Shown here one piece after another: positions 1 to 12,736 of a stretch of 64,000 nt of DNA. Numbering within the stretch: position 1 is the first letter of the stretch; every line of letters begins with the position of its first letter. The notes under the pieces are model-generated. The model saw only the letters and a program-made list of their open reading frames with translations. It ran no database searches and was not told where the DNA came from. The stretch is taken from the NCBI RefSeq assembly GCF_056746865.1, contig NZ_CM163382.1. The stretch is one strand, 5' to 3'. A program made the position numbers and the translations under genes.

Positions 1-3000
1 GAAGCGGCAGTCTTTACTATTCACGGTTTTTGCCAGCGCATGCTCAACCTGAATGCCTTTGAATCCGGCATGCTGTTTGAGCAGCAGCTGATTGAAGATG
101 AGTCTCTGCTACGCTACCAGGCCTGCGCCGATTTCTGGCGTCGCCACTGCTACCCGCTGCCGCGTGAAATTGCCCAGGTCGTCTTTGAAACCTGGAAAGG
201 ACCGCAGGCGTTGCTGCGCGATATTAATCGTTATCTGCAAGGCGAAGCGCCGGTTATCAAAGCGCCGCCGCCCGATGATGAAACGCTGGCTTCCCGCCAC
301 GCGCAAATTGTGGCGCGTATTGATACGGTAAAACAGCAGTGGCGCGACGCGGTGGGTGAACTGGATGCGCTGATCGAATCTTCTGGTATTGATCGACGCA
401 AGTTTAACCGTAGCAATCAGGCTAAATGGATCGACAAGATCAGCGCCTGGGCAGAAGAAGAGACCAACAGTTATCAGTTACCGGAGTCGCTGGAAAAATT
501 CTCTCAGCGTTTCTTAGAAGATCGCACGAAAGCCGGGGGGGAAACCCCGCGACATCCACTGTTTGAGGCGATCGATCAACTGCTTGCAGAACCATTGTCG
601 ATCCGCGATCTGGTGATCACCCGCGCATTGGCTGAGATCCGCGAAACAGTAGCGCGTGAAAAACGCCGCCGTGGCGAATTGGGTTTTGATGACATGTTAA
701 GTCGGCTCGATTCCGCGCTGCGTAGCGAAAGCGGAGAGGTGTTGGCAGCGGCGATCCGTACGCGATTCCCGGTGGCAATGATCGATGAATTTCAGGATAC
801 CGACCCCCAGCAGTACCGAATTTTTCGCCGTATCTGGCACCATCAGCCGGAAACCGCATTGTTGCTGATTGGCGACCCGAAACAGGCCATATATGCATTC
901 CGGGGTGCGGATATCTTCACTTATATGAAGGCGCGTAGCGAAGTTCACGCCCACTACACTTTAGATACCAACTGGCGCTCCGCACCAGGAATGGTGAACA
1001 GCGTGAATAAGCTTTTCAGTCAGACTGATGACGCGTTCATGTTTCGCGAAATTCCTTTTATTCCAGTGAAATCAGCCGGGAAAAATCAGGCGTTACGTTT
1101 TGTGTTTAAAGGTGAAACGCAGCCTGCGATGAAAATGTGGCTGATGGAAGGCGAAAGCTGCGGCGTTGGCGACTATCAAAGTACCATGGCGCAGGTATGT
1201 GCTGCGCAAATCCGCGACTGGCTACAAGCCGGACAGCGGGGCGAAGCGTTGCTGATGAACGGCGACGACGCGCGTCCGGTGCGTGCTTCGGACATCAGTG
1301 TGCTGGTGCGCAGCCGCCAGGAGGCCGCTCAGGTGCGCGATGCCTTAACGCTGCTGGAAATCCCTTCCGTTTACCTTTCGAACCGCGACAGTGTTTTTGA
1401 AACTCTGGAAGCGCAGGAGATGCTTTGGCTGTTGCAGGCGGTGATGACTCCCGAACGTGAGAACACCCTGCGCAGTGCGCTGGCAACGTCAATGATGGGG
1501 CTGAATGCGCTGGATATTGAAACGCTGAATAATGACGAACATGCGTGGGATGCGGTAGTCGAAGAGTTCGATGGTTATCGGCAAATCTGGCGCAAACGTG
1601 GCGTTATGCCGATGCTGCGGGCGCTGATGTCGGCGCGTAACATTGCTGAAAACTTGCTGGCAACGGCAGGCGGTGAGCGGCGTCTTACCGATATCTTGCA
1701 TATCAGCGAACTGCTACAAGAAGCCGGAACGCAGCTGGAAAGTGAACATGCGCTGGTACGCTGGTTATCGCAACATATCCTCGAGCCAGACAGTAATGCC
1801 TCCAGCCAACAAATGCGCCTCGAAAGTGATAAACATCTGGTGCAGATTGTCACGATCCATAAATCAAAAGGGCTGGAATATCCGCTGGTCTGGTTGCCAT
1901 TTATTACCAATTTCCGCGTCCAGGATCAGGCGTTCTATCACGATCGCCACTCGTTTGAGGCTGTTCTGGATCTTAACGCTGCGCCAGAAAGTGTCGATCT
2001 CGCGGAGGCCGAACGTCTGGCGGAAGATCTGCGTTTGCTTTACGTGGCGCTGACGCGTTCGGTTTGGCATTGCAGTCTCGGCGTTGCACCGCTGGTGCGC
2101 CGTCGTGGCGATAAAAAAGGTGACACCGACGTCCACCAAAGTGCGCTCGGGCGTTTGCTGCAAAAAGGGGAACCGCAAGATGCGGCAGGACTTCGCACCT
2201 GTATTGAAGCGTTATGCGATGATGATATTGCCTGGCAAACGGCACAAACGGGTGATAACCAGCCCTGGCAGGTTAATGATGCTATAACTGCAGAACTGAA
2301 TGCGAGGACACTACAACGATTGCCCGGCGATAACTGGCGTGTCACCAGCTACTCCGGTTTGCAGCAGCGTGGTCACGGTATCGCTCAGGATCTGATGCCA
2401 CGGCTGGATGTTGATGCCGCAGGCGTGGTCAGCGTCGTTGAAGAACCGACGTTAACACCGCATCAGTTCCCGCGCGGTGCGTCACCGGGGACATTCTTGC
2501 ACAGTTTGTTTGAAGACCTCGATTTTACCCAGCCGGTTGACCCGAACTGGGTACAGGAAAAACTGGAACTCGGCGGCTTTGAATCGCAGTGGGAACCGGT
2601 GTTGACCGAGTGGATCACGGCTGTCCTCCAGGCACCTCTCAATGAAACGGGTGTTAGCCTGAGTCAGCTTTCCGACCGCGATAAACAGGTGGAGATGGAG
2701 TTTTACCTGCCGATTAGTGAACCGCTCATCGCCAGCCAGCTTGATGCACTAATTCGCCAGTTTGATCCGCTATCCGCTGGCTGCCCGCCGCTGGAGTTCA
2801 TGCAGGTACGCGGCATGTTAAAAGGCTTTATCGACCTGGTATTCCGCCACGAAGGGCGTTATTACCTGCTCGACTATAAATCCAACTGGCTGGGTGAAGA
2901 CAGTTCGGCTTACACCCAACAGGCTATGGCAGCGGCGATGCAGGCACACCGCTATGATCTGCAATATCAGCTTTATACCCTGGCGCTGCACCGTTATCTG

Positions 3001-3177
3001 CGCCATCGCATTGCTGATTACGACTATGATCGTCACTTTGGCGGCGTTATCTATCTGTTCCTGCGTGGCGTTGATAAAGAACATCCGCAACAAGGGATTT
3101 ACACAACCCGACCCAACGCCGGGTTGATTGACCTGATGGATGAGATGTTTGCCGGTATGACCCTGGAGGAGGCGTAA
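1..3177 (+). CDS. recB: RecBCD helicase/nuclease subunit RecB, 5'-truncated by the window edge (about 1045 C-terminal codons present)
   Basis: Open frame runs from position 1 (track ORF 40..3177); protein recognised as RecB; stop TAA overlaps the recD ATG by 1 nt; synteny with recD. Confidence 0.95.
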   Translation, partial: EAAVFTIHGFCQRMLNLNAFESGMLFEQQLIEDESLLRYQACADFWRRHCYPLPREIAQVVFETWKGPQALLRDINRYLQGEAPVIKAPPPDDETLASRHAQIVARIDTVKQQWRDAVGELDALIESSGIDRRKFNRSNQAKWIDKISAWAEEETNSYQLPESLEKFSQRFLEDRTKAGGETPRHPLFEAIDQLLAEPLSIRDLVITRALAEIRETVAREKRRRGELGFDDMLSRLDSALRSESGEVLAAAIRTRFPVAMIDEFQDTDPQQYRIFRRIWHHQPETALLLIGDPKQAIYAFRGADIFTYMKARSEVHAHYTLDTNWRSAPGMVNSVNKLFSQTDDAFMFREIPFIPVKSAGKNQALRFVFKGETQPAMKMWLMEGESCGVGDYQSTMAQVCAAQIRDWLQAGQRGEALLMNGDDARPVRASDISVLVRSRQEAAQVRDALTLLEIPSVYLSNRDSVFETLEAQEMLWLLQAVMTPERENTLRSALATSMMGLNALDIETLNNDEHAWDAVVEEFDGYRQIWRKRGVMPMLRALMSARNIAENLLATAGGERRLTDILHISELLQEAGTQLESEHALVRWLSQHILEPDSNASSQQMRLESDKHLVQIVTIHKSKGLEYPLVWLPFITNFRVQDQAFYHDRHSFEAVLDLNAAPESVDLAEAERLAEDLRLLYVALTRSVWHCSLGVAPLVRRRGDKKGDTDVHQSALGRLLQKGEPQDAAGLRTCIEALCDDDIAWQTAQTGDNQPWQVNDAITAELNARTLQRLPGDNWRVTSYSGLQQRGHGIAQDLMPRLDVDAAGVVSVVEEPTLTPHQFPRGASPGTFLHSLFEDLDFTQPVDPNWVQEKLELGGFESQWEPVLTEWITAVLQAPLNETGVSLSQLSDRDKQVEMEFYLPISEPLIASQLDALIRQFDPLSAGCPPLEFMQVRGMLKGFIDLVFRHEGRYYLLDYKSNWLGEDSSAYTQQAMAAAMQAHRYDLQYQLYTLALHRYLRHRIADYDYDRHFGGVIYLFLRGVDKEHPQQGIYTTRPNAGLIDLMDEMFAGMTLEEA

Positions 3178-5003
3178 TGAAATTGCAAAAGCAATTACTG
3201 GAAGCTGTGGAGCACAAACAGCTACGCCCGCTGGATGTGCAATTTGCCCTGACCGTGGCGGGAGATGAACATCCTGCCGTCACCCTCGCGGCAGCCCTGT
3301 TAAGCCACGACGCCGGGGAAGGGCATGTCTGTTTACCGCTCTCACGACTGGAAAATAACGAGGAGTCACATCCGCTGTTAGCAACCTGTGTCAGTGAAAT
3401 CGGTGAGTTACAAAATTGGGAAGAATGCTTGCTGGCTTCACAAGCGGTCAGCCGGGGAGATGAACCAACGCCGATGATCCTCTGTGGTGATCGTCTTTAT
3501 TTGAATCGCATGTGGTGTAACGAGCGCACAGTGGCACGCTTTTTCAACGAAGTGAATCATGCCATTGAGGTTGATGAAGCTCTACTGGCGCAAACCCTGG
3601 ACAAACTTTTTCCAGTAAGCGATGAAATTAACTGGCAAAAAGTTGCGGCGGCAGTGGCGCTGACGCGGCGGATCTCGGTGATTTCCGGCGGCCCTGGCAC
3701 CGGTAAAACGACCACCGTAGCGAAGTTGCTGGCAGCGTTAATTCAAATGGCAGACGGCGAACGCTGCCGTATCCGTCTGGCTGCACCAACGGGTAAAGCT
3801 GCCGCGCGCTTAACCGAATCTCTCGGCAAGGCTTTGCGCCAGTTACCGCTGACCGATGAACAAAAGAAACGCATTCCGGAAGATGCCAGCACTTTGCACC
3901 GATTGCTGGGTGCGCAGCCGGGTAGCCAGCGTTTACGTCATCATGCCGGTAACCCGCTGCATCTTGATGTGCTGGTGGTAGATGAAGCGTCAATGATCGA
4001 TCTGCCTATGATGTCGAGACTGATCGACGCCTTGCCCGATCATGCGCGAGTGATCTTTCTCGGCGATCGTGATCAACTGGCTTCGGTTGAGGCTGGGGCA
4101 GTGCTGGGCGATATCTGCGCTTATGCCAATGCCGGCTTTACCGCCGAGCGTGCCGGGCAGTTGAGCCGCCTGACGGGAACTCACGTTCCGGCAGGAACTG
4201 GCACAGAAGCGGCATCTTTGCGCGACAGTCTCTGCCTGCTGCAAAAAAGCTATCGTTTCGGCAGCGATTCTGGCATTGGTCAGTTAGCTGCGGCGATCAA
4301 CCGTGGTGATAAAACGGCAGTGAAAACCGTTTTTCAGCAGGATTTTTCTGATATCGAAAAACGGCTTTTACAGAGCGGCGAAGATTATATTGCGATGCTT
4401 GAGGAAGCTCTTGCGGGTTACGGACGTTATCTGGATCTGCTGCAAGCGCGTGCCGAGCCGGATTTAATCATTCAGGCGTTCAATGAGTACCAGCTTTTGT
4501 GCGCCCTGCGGGAAGGGCCGTTTGGCGTGGCTGGACTGAATGAGCGAATTGAGCAGTTTATGCAACAGAAGCGCAAAATTCATCGTAATCCGCACTCTCG
4601 TTGGTACGAAGGCCGACCGGTGATGATTGCCCGTAATGACAGCGCGCTTGGGTTGTTTAATGGCGATATCGGTATCGCTCTGGATCGTGGGCAGGGGACG
4701 CGCGTCTGGTTTGCGATGCCGGACGGCAATATTAAGTCTGTGCAACCGAGTCGCTTGCCAGAGCACGAAACTACGTGGGCGATGACGGTACATAAATCGC
4801 AGGGATCGGAGTTCGACCATGCGGCGTTGATTTTACCGAGCCAACGCACGCCGGTAGTAACACGAGAGCTGGTTTACACCGCGGTGACCCGCGCGCGTCG
4901 CCGTCTGTCGCTGTATGCCGATGAGCGCATTTTAAGTGCGGCAATTGCCACGCGCACCGAGCGGCGCAGCGGTCTGGCGGCGTTGTTTAGTTCACGGGGA
5001 TAA
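3177..5003 (+). CDS. recD: RecBCD subunit RecD (5'-3' helicase)
   Basis: 608-aa ORF with Walker A motif GGPGTGKTT; start overlaps recB stop. Confidence 0.95.
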   Translation: MKLQKQLLEAVEHKQLRPLDVQFALTVAGDEHPAVTLAAALLSHDAGEGHVCLPLSRLENNEESHPLLATCVSEIGELQNWEECLLASQAVSRGDEPTPMILCGDRLYLNRMWCNERTVARFFNEVNHAIEVDEALLAQTLDKLFPVSDEINWQKVAAAVALTRRISVISGGPGTGKTTTVAKLLAALIQMADGERCRIRLAAPTGKAAARLTESLGKALRQLPLTDEQKKRIPEDASTLHRLLGAQPGSQRLRHHAGNPLHLDVLVVDEASMIDLPMMSRLIDALPDHARVIFLGDRDQLASVEAGAVLGDICAYANAGFTAERAGQLSRLTGTHVPAGTGTEAASLRDSLCLLQKSYRFGSDSGIGQLAAAINRGDKTAVKTVFQQDFSDIEKRLLQSGEDYIAMLEEALAGYGRYLDLLQARAEPDLIIQAFNEYQLLCALREGPFGVAGLNERIEQFMQQKRKIHRNPHSRWYEGRPVMIARNDSALGLFNGDIGIALDRGQGTRVWFAMPDGNIKSVQPSRLPEHETTWAMTVHKSQGSEFDHAALILPSQRTPVVTRELVYTAVTRARRRLSLYADERILSAAIATRTERRSGLAALFSSRG

Positions 5004-5011
5004 ACGTAATT

Positions 5012-5052
5012 GCCGGATGCGACGCACGAGTGTTACGCATGTCGCATCCGGC
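5012..5052. repeat. REP-like palindrome (gccggatgcgac ... gtcgcatccggc), probable bidirectional terminator between convergent recD and argA
   Basis: Perfect 12-bp inverted repeat seen directly, followed by a short T-run. Confidence 0.5.
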
Positions 5053-5064
5053 GATTTTCATCGC

Positions 5065-6396
5065 TTACCCCAAATCCGCCATCAACACTTTGGATTTACG
5101 CTGGTAGTTGTACAACTGCTTTTTGCTCTCGGGCAGTAAATCAATATCCACTGGGGTAAATCCACGTTCCTGGAACCAGTGAATACTGCGCGTGGTCAGC
5201 ACAAATAATTTGCTTAAGCCGCTCTGCTTCGCCTGAGCGGCAATGCGTTCCAGCAGAACCTCGCCCCGTGATGAACTGCGGTAATCCGGGTGAACTGCCA
5301 CACAGGCCATTTCCCCAATCTTCTCTTCCGGGAAAGGATAGAGCGCGGCGCAGGCAATAGTCGTGTTATCGCGCTGAATAATGGTGAATTTGTCGATTTC
5401 CATCTCCAGCTGCTCGCGAGAACGGCGTACCAGAATACCTTGCTGCTCCAGCGGGCGAATCAACTCCAGAATACCGCCAATATCATTGATTGTTGCGCGA
5501 CGAATCTGCTCGGCGCTTTCCATCACAATCTGCGTACCGATACCGTCGCGTGAGAACAACTCTTGCAATAGCGCGCCATCTTCCTGATAACTGATTAAAT
5601 GACAGCGACGCACGCCGCTGCGGCAGGCTTTCACTGCGCCACGCAAAAAGCGCACCGTACCGGAGTTGTAATCGCCTTTCTCTTCCTGGGCTTCTACCCG
5701 CGCTTGCGCTTCGTTAGGGAAAAGTTCGGAGACAATATCACCGTCGTCATTAGTGACGCCCTGGGAAGAGCAAAAACCAATCATCTTTTCAGCTTTCAGT
5801 TTGATGGCCAGTTGAGTGGCAATCTCTTCCGAGGTCAGATTAAAGCTCTCGCCAGTGACTGAAACAGCGACCGGCCCCATTAGCACTATTGCACCGCTGT
5901 CCAGTTGACGATGGATCGCGTCTTCATCAATCCGCCGGATACGCCCGCTATGGCAGTAATCCACGCCGTCATCGACGCCCAGCGGCTGGGCGATAATAAA
6001 ATTGCCACTGACGACGTTGATATGCGCGCCCTGTAGCGGCGTGTTATTGAGACTCATCGACAGGCGAGCAGTAATATCCAGTTGCAATGTTCCCGCAGCC
6101 TGCTTCACCAGTTCCAGTGTTTTGGCGTCGGTCACACGTATATTCTTGTGATACAGCGGTTCGTGGTGATGCGCAGCCAGATTTGCGTCGATCTGCGGAC
6201 GTGCGCCATAGACCACCACCAGACGGATGCCGAGGCTGTGCAGCAACCCGATATCATTAACGATACTGGAGAAATTCTCATGCTCAATGGCTTCACCGCC
6301 GAGCATGATGACAAACGTTTTTCCCCGGTGGGTATTGATATAGGGAACCGAATGGCGGAATCCCTCGACCAACTCGGTTTTACGTTCCTTTACCAC
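5065..6396 (-). CDS. argA: N-acetylglutamate synthase (443 aa from a GTG start; track ORF extends 22 codons further upstream)
   Basis: Protein recognised as ArgA; GTG at 6394-6396 preceded by an AGAGG Shine-Dalgarno; track ORF 5065..6462. Confidence 0.9.
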   Translation of the reverse strand: MVKERKTELVEGFRHSVPYINTHRGKTFVIMLGGEAIEHENFSSIVNDIGLLHSLGIRLVVVYGARPQIDANLAAHHHEPLYHKNIRVTDAKTLELVKQAAGTLQLDITARLSMSLNNTPLQGAHINVVSGNFIIAQPLGVDDGVDYCHSGRIRRIDEDAIHRQLDSGAIVLMGPVAVSVTGESFNLTSEEIATQLAIKLKAEKMIGFCSSQGVTNDDGDIVSELFPNEAQARVEAQEEKGDYNSGTVRFLRGAVKACRSGVRRCHLISYQEDGALLQELFSRDGIGTQIVMESAEQIRRATINDIGGILELIRPLEQQGILVRRSREQLEMEIDKFTIIQRDNTTIACAALYPFPEEKIGEMACVAVHPDYRSSSRGEVLLERIAAQAKQSGLSKLFVLTTRSIHWFQERGFTPVDIDLLPESKKQLYNYQRKSKVLMADLG

Positions 6397-6410
6397 GGCA
6401 CACCTCTTTG

Positions 6411-6447
6411 CATGATTATTCGAAATTATTGTATTTTTATTCTGTTT
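6411..6447 (-). promoter_or_regulatory. Candidate pair of ARG boxes (ArgR operator) upstream of argA
   Basis: Minus strand reads cAGAATAAAAATAcAATaa and ttcGAATAATCATGCAaa, two adjacent 18-mers resembling the TGAAT-wwww-ATTCA ARG-box consensus; argA is a known ArgR target. Confidence 0.4.
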
Positions 6448-6627
6448 TTTCGCAGGGTGCAAGTGTAAATTTTATGCGAGAGCGACTTTTTTATCAGTAA
6501 TGCCGTGAATATAAAAAGAATGTTTACCGTTTATTAGATGACAGATTATGCGTCTTTCGCTAAAGTTTCCGGTCAAATTAGTCGTTTACTTGTTACACAG
6601 CTTAGATTTCTTTTGCTCGGGAGAGGC

Positions 6628-7881
6628 ATGTCAGGATCCAACACTGCAATCAGCCGTCGTCGTTTACTGCAAGGCGCGGGTGCCATGTGGCTATTGAGCG
6701 TAAGTCAGGTCAGTCTGGCTGCGGTCAGCCAGGTCGTGGCGGTGCGCGTCTGGCCTGCGTCCAGCTACACCCGCGTGACGGTAGAATCAAATCGTCAGCT
6801 GAAATATAAGCAGTTCGCGTTGAGTAACCCGGAACGCGTGGTGGTGGATATCGAAGATGTAAACCTGAACTCGGTACTCAAGGGGATGGCGGCACAAATT
6901 CGTGCAGACGACCCGTTCATCAAGTCGGCGCGCGTCGGGCAATTTGACCCGCAAACCGTACGCATGGTTTTTGAATTAAAGCAAAACGTAAAACCGCAGC
7001 TGTTTGCCCTTGCGCCGGTCGCCGGGTTTAAAGAGCGTCTGGTGATGGACCTCTATCCGGCTAATGCACAGGATATGCAGGACCCGCTGCTGGCGCTGCT
7101 GGAGGATTACAACAAAGGCGACCTCGAAAAGCAGGTGCCGCCAGCACAAAGTGGTCCACAACCGGGTAAAGCAGGGCGCGATCGTCCGATTGTTATTATG
7201 CTTGACCCTGGCCACGGCGGCGAAGACTCCGGTGCGGTGGGGAAATACAAAACGCGCGAAAAAGACGTGGTATTGCAAATAGCTCGCCGTTTGCGCTCTC
7301 TGATCGAGAAAGAGGGCAATATGAAGGTGTACATGACGCGCAATGAAGACATCTTCATTCCGTTGCAAGTGCGCGTAGCAAAAGCCCAGAAACAGCGTGC
7401 CGACCTGTTTGTCTCTATCCATGCCGACGCCTTTACCAGTCGCCAGCCGAGCGGTTCCTCTGTGTTTGCGCTCTCAACCAAAGGTGCAACCAGTACTGCG
7501 GCAAAATATCTGGCACAAACCCAGAACGCCTCGGACTTGATTGGTGGCGTGAGCAAAAGCGGTGACCGCTATGTCGACCACACCATGTTCGATATGGTGC
7601 AGTCGCTGACCATTGCCGACAGCCTTAAGTTTGGTAAAGCGGTGCTGAATAAGCTCGGTAAAATCAACAAGCTGCATAAAAATCAGGTTGAACAGGCCGG
7701 GTTTGCCGTGCTGAAAGCGCCTGATATTCCCTCCATTCTGGTCGAAACGGCGTTTATCAGTAACGTTGAGGAAGAGCGTAAACTGAAAACGGCGACCTTC
7801 CAGCAGGAAGTTGCGGAGTCTATTCTTGCGGGGATTAAAGCGTATTTTGCCGATGGGGCGACGCTGGCGAGAAGGGGATGA
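6628..7881 (+). CDS. amiC: N-acetylmuramoyl-L-alanine amidase AmiC (Tat signal RRRLLQGAG)
   Basis: Track ORF 6538..7881; start taken at the ATG at 6628 preceded by GGGAGAGG; twin-arginine signal and amidase_3 domain recognisable. Confidence 0.9.
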
Positions 7882-7883
7882 TA

Positions 7884-7910
7884 AAAAGGCGCTGAATGGC
7901 GCTTTTTTTA
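7884..7910 (+). terminator. Possible weak hairpin plus T-run after amiC
   Basis: ggcgctgaatggcgc followed by ttttttt; the stem is imperfect. Confidence 0.3.
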
Positions 7911-7923
7911 TGGGAGAGCAGAA

Positions 7924-7948
7924 ACAAAAAAACACCCGTTAGGGTGTT
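7924..7948 (-). terminator. Rho-independent terminator of the tRNA-fMet operon
   Basis: Minus strand reads acaccctaacgggtgt followed by ttttttt, immediately downstream of the last tRNA. Confidence 0.55.
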
Positions 7949-7955
7949 CAATAAT

Positions 7956-8032
<77 letters not shown>

Positions 8033-8064
8033 TCACCGTACTGCTTTATTTCATCAAATTTGAT

Positions 8065-8141
<77 letters not shown>

Positions 8142-8174
8142 TCACCGTACTGCTTTACTTCATCAAATTTTAAT

Positions 8175-8251
<77 letters not shown>

Positions 8252-8459
8252 TCCGTGGATGCGCACTATACTCCGCTCGCGTTTTCATGCAACCTTTTTT
8301 TTACCCCGATCACGGATTCGGCATGATTTTGAACAAAAACAAATCACTAAAGCCTATTTTTTGTGCAAAATTTGCGTCAGGGAGAGGCTGCTCATTTCAT
8401 TAAACGCGGCGGTTTGTTATCTTCGTTGCGCCTTATTTTTTAACCTGAAGAAGAGAACA

Positions 8460-9557
8460 ATGAAAGGACGTTGGGTAAAGTACCTTCTTATGGGCACGGT
8501 TGTGGCAATGCTTGCCGCCTGCTCTTCCAAACCAACCGATCGCGGACAGCAATATAAAGACGGGAAATTTACCCAGCCTTTCTCTCTGGTGAACCAGCCA
8601 GATGCCGTTGGCGCGCCGATTAACGCCGGTGATTTTGCCGAGCAAATTAACCATATCCGTAATTCGTCACCGCGTCTGTATGGCAACCAGAGTAATGTTT
8701 ATAACGCGGTGCAAGAGTGGCTGCGCGCAGGCGGTGATACCCGCAATATGCGCCAGTTCGGCATTGATGCCTGGCAGATGGAAGGTGCCGACAACTATGG
8801 TAACGTGCAGTTTACAGGCTATTACACGCCGGTAATTCAGGCGCGCCATACCCGCCAGGGCGAGTTCCAGTATCCGATTTACCGTATGCCGCCAAAACGT
8901 GGTCGTCTGCCGTCTCGTGCGGAGATCTACGCGGGGGCATTGAGTGATAAATATATTCTCGCTTACAGTAACTCCCTGATGGATAACTTCATTATGGATG
9001 TGCAGGGTAGTGGGTATATCGACTTTGGTGATGGCAGTCCGCTTAACTTTTTCAGCTATGCAGGGAAAAACGGTCATGCCTATCGCAGCATTGGTAAGGT
9101 GCTGATCGACCGTGGCGAAGTGAAAAAAGAAGATATGTCGATGCAGGCGATTCGTCACTGGGGCGAAACACACAGTGAAGCCGAGGTTCGCGAGCTGCTG
9201 GAACAGAACCCGTCTTTCGTCTTCTTTAAACCGCAATCTTTTGCACCGGTGAAAGGGGCAAGTGCGGTGCCGCTGGTTGGCCGTGCTTCTGTTGCCTCCG
9301 ATCGTTCAATTATTCCGCCAGGTACTACCTTGCTGGCAGAAGTGCCGCTGCTGGATAATAACGGCAAATTTAACGGTCAGTACGAATTGCGTCTGATGGT
9401 GGCGCTGGATGTCGGTGGCGCAATCAAAGGCCAACACTTCGATATCTATCAAGGGATCGGGCCGGAAGCCGGGCACCGCGCAGGTTGGTACAACCACTAT
9501 GGACGTGTCTGGGTGCTGAAAACGGCTCCGGGCGCAGGTAACGTCTTTAGCGGCTGA
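8460..9557 (+). CDS. mltA: Membrane-bound lytic murein transglycosylase A (lipoprotein, 365 aa)
   Basis: Track ORF 8178..9557 is over-extended across the tRNAs; true start is the ATG at 8460 (MKGRWVKYLLMGTVVAMLAACSS, lipobox LAAC). Confidence 0.9.
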   Translation: MKGRWVKYLLMGTVVAMLAACSSKPTDRGQQYKDGKFTQPFSLVNQPDAVGAPINAGDFAEQINHIRNSSPRLYGNQSNVYNAVQEWLRAGGDTRNMRQFGIDAWQMEGADNYGNVQFTGYYTPVIQARHTRQGEFQYPIYRMPPKRGRLPSRAEIYAGALSDKYILAYSNSLMDNFIMDVQGSGYIDFGDGSPLNFFSYAGKNGHAYRSIGKVLIDRGEVKKEDMSMQAIRHWGETHSEAEVRELLEQNPSFVFFKPQSFAPVKGASAVPLVGRASVASDRSIIPPGTTLLAEVPLLDNNGKFNGQYELRLMVALDVGGAIKGQHFDIYQGIGPEAGHRAGWYNHYGRVWVLKTAPGAGNVFSG

Positions 9558-9645
9558 TGTGATATTCTGTATGCCGTTTTTACGGATATGACAGGGTGAG
9601 GGGTAACCTCACATCCTGATTATTGACTAAGTGCGCGTTGTTCAT

Positions 9646-9742
9646 GCCGGATGCGGCGTGAACGCCTTATCCGGCCTACAAATCATGCAAATCCAAAATA
9701 TTGCAGGAGTTATGTAGGCCTGATAAGCGTAGCGCATCAGGC
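9646..9742. repeat. REP/BIME cluster (two REP palindromes)
   Basis: gccggatgcggcgtgaacgccttatccggcctaca and gtaggcctgataagcgtagcgcatcaggc, typical enterobacterial REP units. Confidence 0.6.
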
Positions 9743-9795
9743 ATTTATGCGTTTAGGGTGAGGGATAACCTCGCCCTTTTTAATTCTGAGGTGCT

Positions 9796-10602
9796 ATGTC
9801 TGTGGTAATTAGTGATGCATGGCGTCAGCGTTTTGGCGGCACTGCGCGTCTGTATGGTGAAAAAGCGCTGCAACTGTTTGCCGATGCACATATTTGTGTG
9901 GTGGGTATTGGCGGTGTCGGTTCCTGGGCGGCGGAAGCGCTGGCGCGCACAGGGATTGGCGCAATCACGCTTATCGATATGGATGATGTGTGCGTCACCA
10001 ATACCAATCGGCAAATTCATGCCCTGCGCGATAACGTTGGGCTGGCAAAAGCGGAAGTTATGGCGGAGCGTATTCGCCAGATTAACCCGGAGTGCCGTGT
10101 AACGGTGGTGGATGATTTCGTGACGCCGGATAACGTAGCGCAGTATATGAGCGTGGGTTATTCGTACGTGATTGATGCCATTGATAGTGTACGGCCCAAA
10201 GCGGCGCTGATTGCTTATTGTCGGCGCAATAAAATCCCGCTGGTCACGACTGGTGGCGCGGGTGGGCAGATTGACCCGACGCAGATTCAGGTTACCGATC
10301 TGGCGAAAACGATTCAGGACCCGCTGGCGGCGAAGTTGCGTGAGCGCCTGAAAAGCGATTTTGGCATAGTGAAAAACAGTAAAGGTAAGCTCGGCGTGGA
10401 TTGCGTGTTCTCTACCGAAGCATTGGTGTACCCGCAGTCAGACGGTACGGTGTGTGCTATGAAAGCCACGGCGGAAGGGCCGAAGCGGATGGATTGTGCA
10501 TCTGGATTTGGCGCGGCGACGATGGTGACCGCCACCTTTGGTTTTGTTGCGGTTTCTCATGCGCTGAAGAAGATGATGGCGAAAGCGGCCCGTCAGGGGT
10601 AA
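9796..10602 (+). CDS. tcdA: tRNA threonylcarbamoyladenosine dehydratase (E1-like, ThiF/MoeB fold)
   Basis: 268-aa ORF with GIGGVGS nucleotide-binding motif; adjacent to csdE/csdA. Confidence 0.9.
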   Translation: MSVVISDAWRQRFGGTARLYGEKALQLFADAHICVVGIGGVGSWAAEALARTGIGAITLIDMDDVCVTNTNRQIHALRDNVGLAKAEVMAERIRQINPECRVTVVDDFVTPDNVAQYMSVGYSYVIDAIDSVRPKAALIAYCRRNKIPLVTTGGAGGQIDPTQIQVTDLAKTIQDPLAAKLRERLKSDFGIVKNSKGKLGVDCVFSTEALVYPQSDGTVCAMKATAEGPKRMDCASGFGAATMVTATFGFVAVSHALKKMMAKAARQG

Positions 10603-10608
10603 ACAATC

Positions 10609-10643
10609 AGGTCGGATGCGACGCGAACGTCTTATCCGACCTG
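10609..10643. repeat. REP element
   Basis: gtcggatgcgacgcgaacgtcttatccgacc palindrome between convergent tcdA and csdE. Confidence 0.55.
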
Positions 10644-10652
10644 GTTCTGTGC

Positions 10653-11096
10653 TTAAACCTGCTTCGCCACAGCGATAATCGCCTCGCTTAACGCATTCAA
10701 CCCTTGGCTGCGTGAGGCGCTAAGCTGCGCACGCAATCCCAGCTCATCAAACAATGCCAGCGGCGACTGTGCCTGCAATTCGGCGGCGGTTTTCCCCTCA
10801 ACGGCAGTCAACAACACCGCCAGCAGGCCGCGCACAATGCGCCCTTCGCTGTCGCCAAAGAAGTGCATTTTACCGTTTTCAGCCACGGTATATCCCAGCC
10901 AGACGCGGTTTTCGCATCCGGCAATCTCTTTAGCCTGCGCTTTTAACTCGTCTGGCAAAGCCGGAAGCTGTTTCCCCAGCATGATCAACTGGCGATATTT
11001 ATCTTCCCATTGCGTCAACGGTGCGAAGGTATTGCGTAACGTTTCTGCGGTTACGGTTGTGCCGAACGGATGTCCGGCGAATTGCGGGTTCGTCAT
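10653..11096 (-). CDS. csdE: Sulfur acceptor protein CsdE (SufE-like)
   Basis: 147-aa ORF; start ATG shares 1 nt with the csdA stop. Confidence 0.9.
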   Translation of the reverse strand: MTNPQFAGHPFGTTVTAETLRNTFAPLTQWEDKYRQLIMLGKQLPALPDELKAQAKEIAGCENRVWLGYTVAENGKMHFFGDSEGRIVRGLLAVLLTAVEGKTAAELQAQSPLALFDELGLRAQLSASRSQGLNALSEAIIAVAKQV

Positions 11097-12301
11097 TAAT
11101 CCACCAATAATTCCAGCGCGCGGTCAACGGCATTCACCAGCGCATCCACATCACTCTTTGTATTATATGGCGCAAAAGAGGCGCGCAGTGTGCCGGTTAC
11201 GCCTAATTCTGCCAGTAGCGGCTGAGCGCAATGTTGCCCGGCGCGCAGGGCAATACCGTACTCCGCCAGCAGCGTCACCATATCGCTGTGATGAACGCCA
11301 GCAAAATCAAAGGCCAGCAGGCTGGAATCCTGGCAGCGAAATGAGCGGAAGCCAGGACGTTTTGCCAGCGCATCTTCCGCCAGCGTTGCTAAGCTACGGC
11401 TCCAGCTTTCGGCCTGGTTGATATCGTAATCTGCCAGCCATTCCAGCGCCGCGCTTAATCCTATGACACCAGCGACATTTGGCGTTCCAGCTTCCAGTTT
11501 CCACGGCGCAGATTGAGTCGTGAAGCCGTCAAAACTCACTTCGTGAACCATTTTGCCGCCGCCCAGCCAGGGCGACATCGCTTCCAGCAGTTCTGATTTG
11601 CCATACAGCACGCCGATACCTGTCGGGCCATACAGTTTGTGACCTGAAAAAGCATAGAAATCAATATCCAGTTGCTGAACATCCGCGGGGAAATGCACTG
11701 CCCCCTGAGCACCATCAACCATCACCACCATCCCGGCTGAATGAGCAAAGGTAATCGCTCGCGCCAGATCCGGGCAACCGCCAGTGACGTTCGACATTTG
11801 TCCCAGAGCAAGAATTCGACTACGAGGTGTGATCAGTTCTGGCAACAAATCGACATCCGGCAGTCGCTGCGCATTAAGCGGCAATTTCACCACTTTGGCT
11901 CCAGTTTGTTGGGCGACCATCAGCCAGGGGACGAGGTTGGCGTGGTGTTCTGCCACGCTGGCAATAATCTCATCGCCCGGTTGCAGACGCGGACGCGCAT
12001 AGCATTGTGCCACCATGTTGATGGATTCAGTGGTGCCGCGCGTCCAGACGATAGTTTTATCATCCGGTGCATTCAGTAATTGCGCCACTTTCTCTCGTGC
12101 AGCTTCATAACGCGCGGTCAGGCATTGGGCTTCGGCAAACTGGCTGCGATGGACGTTTCCGGCGCTCAGGCTGTAAAACTGTCGAGTGGCTTCAACCACG
12201 GCTTCAGGTTTAAGCGCGGTCGCGGCGCTGTCGAGATAGACGCCCGCATCCTGTAGTGCGGGAAACTGGGCGCGAAACTGCGCGGGATTAAAAACGTTCA
12301 T
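11096..12301 (-). CDS. csdA: Cysteine sulfinate desulfinase / cysteine desulfurase CsdA (PLP-dependent)
   Basis: Track ORF 11096..12337; start taken at the ATG at 12301 ([12 protein letters not shown]); class V aminotransferase features. Confidence 0.9.
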   Translation of the reverse strand: MNVFNPAQFRAQFPALQDAGVYLDSAATALKPEAVVEATRQFYSLSAGNVHRSQFAEAQCLTARYEAAREKVAQLLNAPDDKTIVWTRGTTESINMVAQCYARPRLQPGDEIIASVAEHHANLVPWLMVAQQTGAKVVKLPLNAQRLPDVDLLPELITPRSRILALGQMSNVTGGCPDLARAITFAHSAGMVVMVDGAQGAVHFPADVQQLDIDFYAFSGHKLYGPTGIGVLYGKSELLEAMSPWLGGGKMVHEVSFDGFTTQSAPWKLEAGTPNVAGVIGLSAALEWLADYDINQAESWSRSLATLAEDALAKRPGFRSFRCQDSSLLAFDFAGVHHSDMVTLLAEYGIALRAGQHCAQPLLAELGVTGTLRASFAPYNTKSDVDALVNAVDRALELLVD

Positions 12302-12489
12302 GGTACTCCTCGGCTTGATGCACCGATCGTGACGCAAAATTCACTTTGATACAAGGAGAGTGCTAACCATCAGAATTATCTGGATATCCTGGCGAAGCCG
12401 CGTCAGTAACATATGCTGAATAGTGTTAGGCGTTAATTTTAGCCTGTTAATCAATACTATTAAGATTTATTAATCGCTTTAAGGAGAAG

Positions 12490-12720
12490 ATGATGAAAAA
12501 GACTGCCGCAATTATTTCTGCCTGTATGCTGACTTTTGCCCTGAGCGCCTGTTCCGGTTCGAACTATGTGATGCACACCAATGACGGACGTACCATCGTC
12601 TCTGACGGCAAGCCACAGACTGATAACGATACCGGTATGATTTCGTATAAAGACGCTAATGGCAACAAACAGCAGATCAACCGTACCGACGTGAAAGAGA
12701 TGGTCGAACTGGATCAGTAA
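12490..12720 (+). CDS. ygdI: Small lipoprotein YgdI (DUF903 family)
   Basis: 76-aa ORF with lipobox LSAC, preceded by AAGGAGAAG Shine-Dalgarno. Confidence 0.85.
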   Translation: MMKKTAAIISACMLTFALSACSGSNYVMHTNDGRTIVSDGKPQTDNDTGMISYKDANGNKQQINRTDVKEMVELDQ

Positions 12721-12736
12721 TTCGCGATCGCAAGGT

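Noticed and set aside
92-416. Small ORFs 92..331, 109..306, 231..416
   Set aside because: Nested in or antisense to recB.
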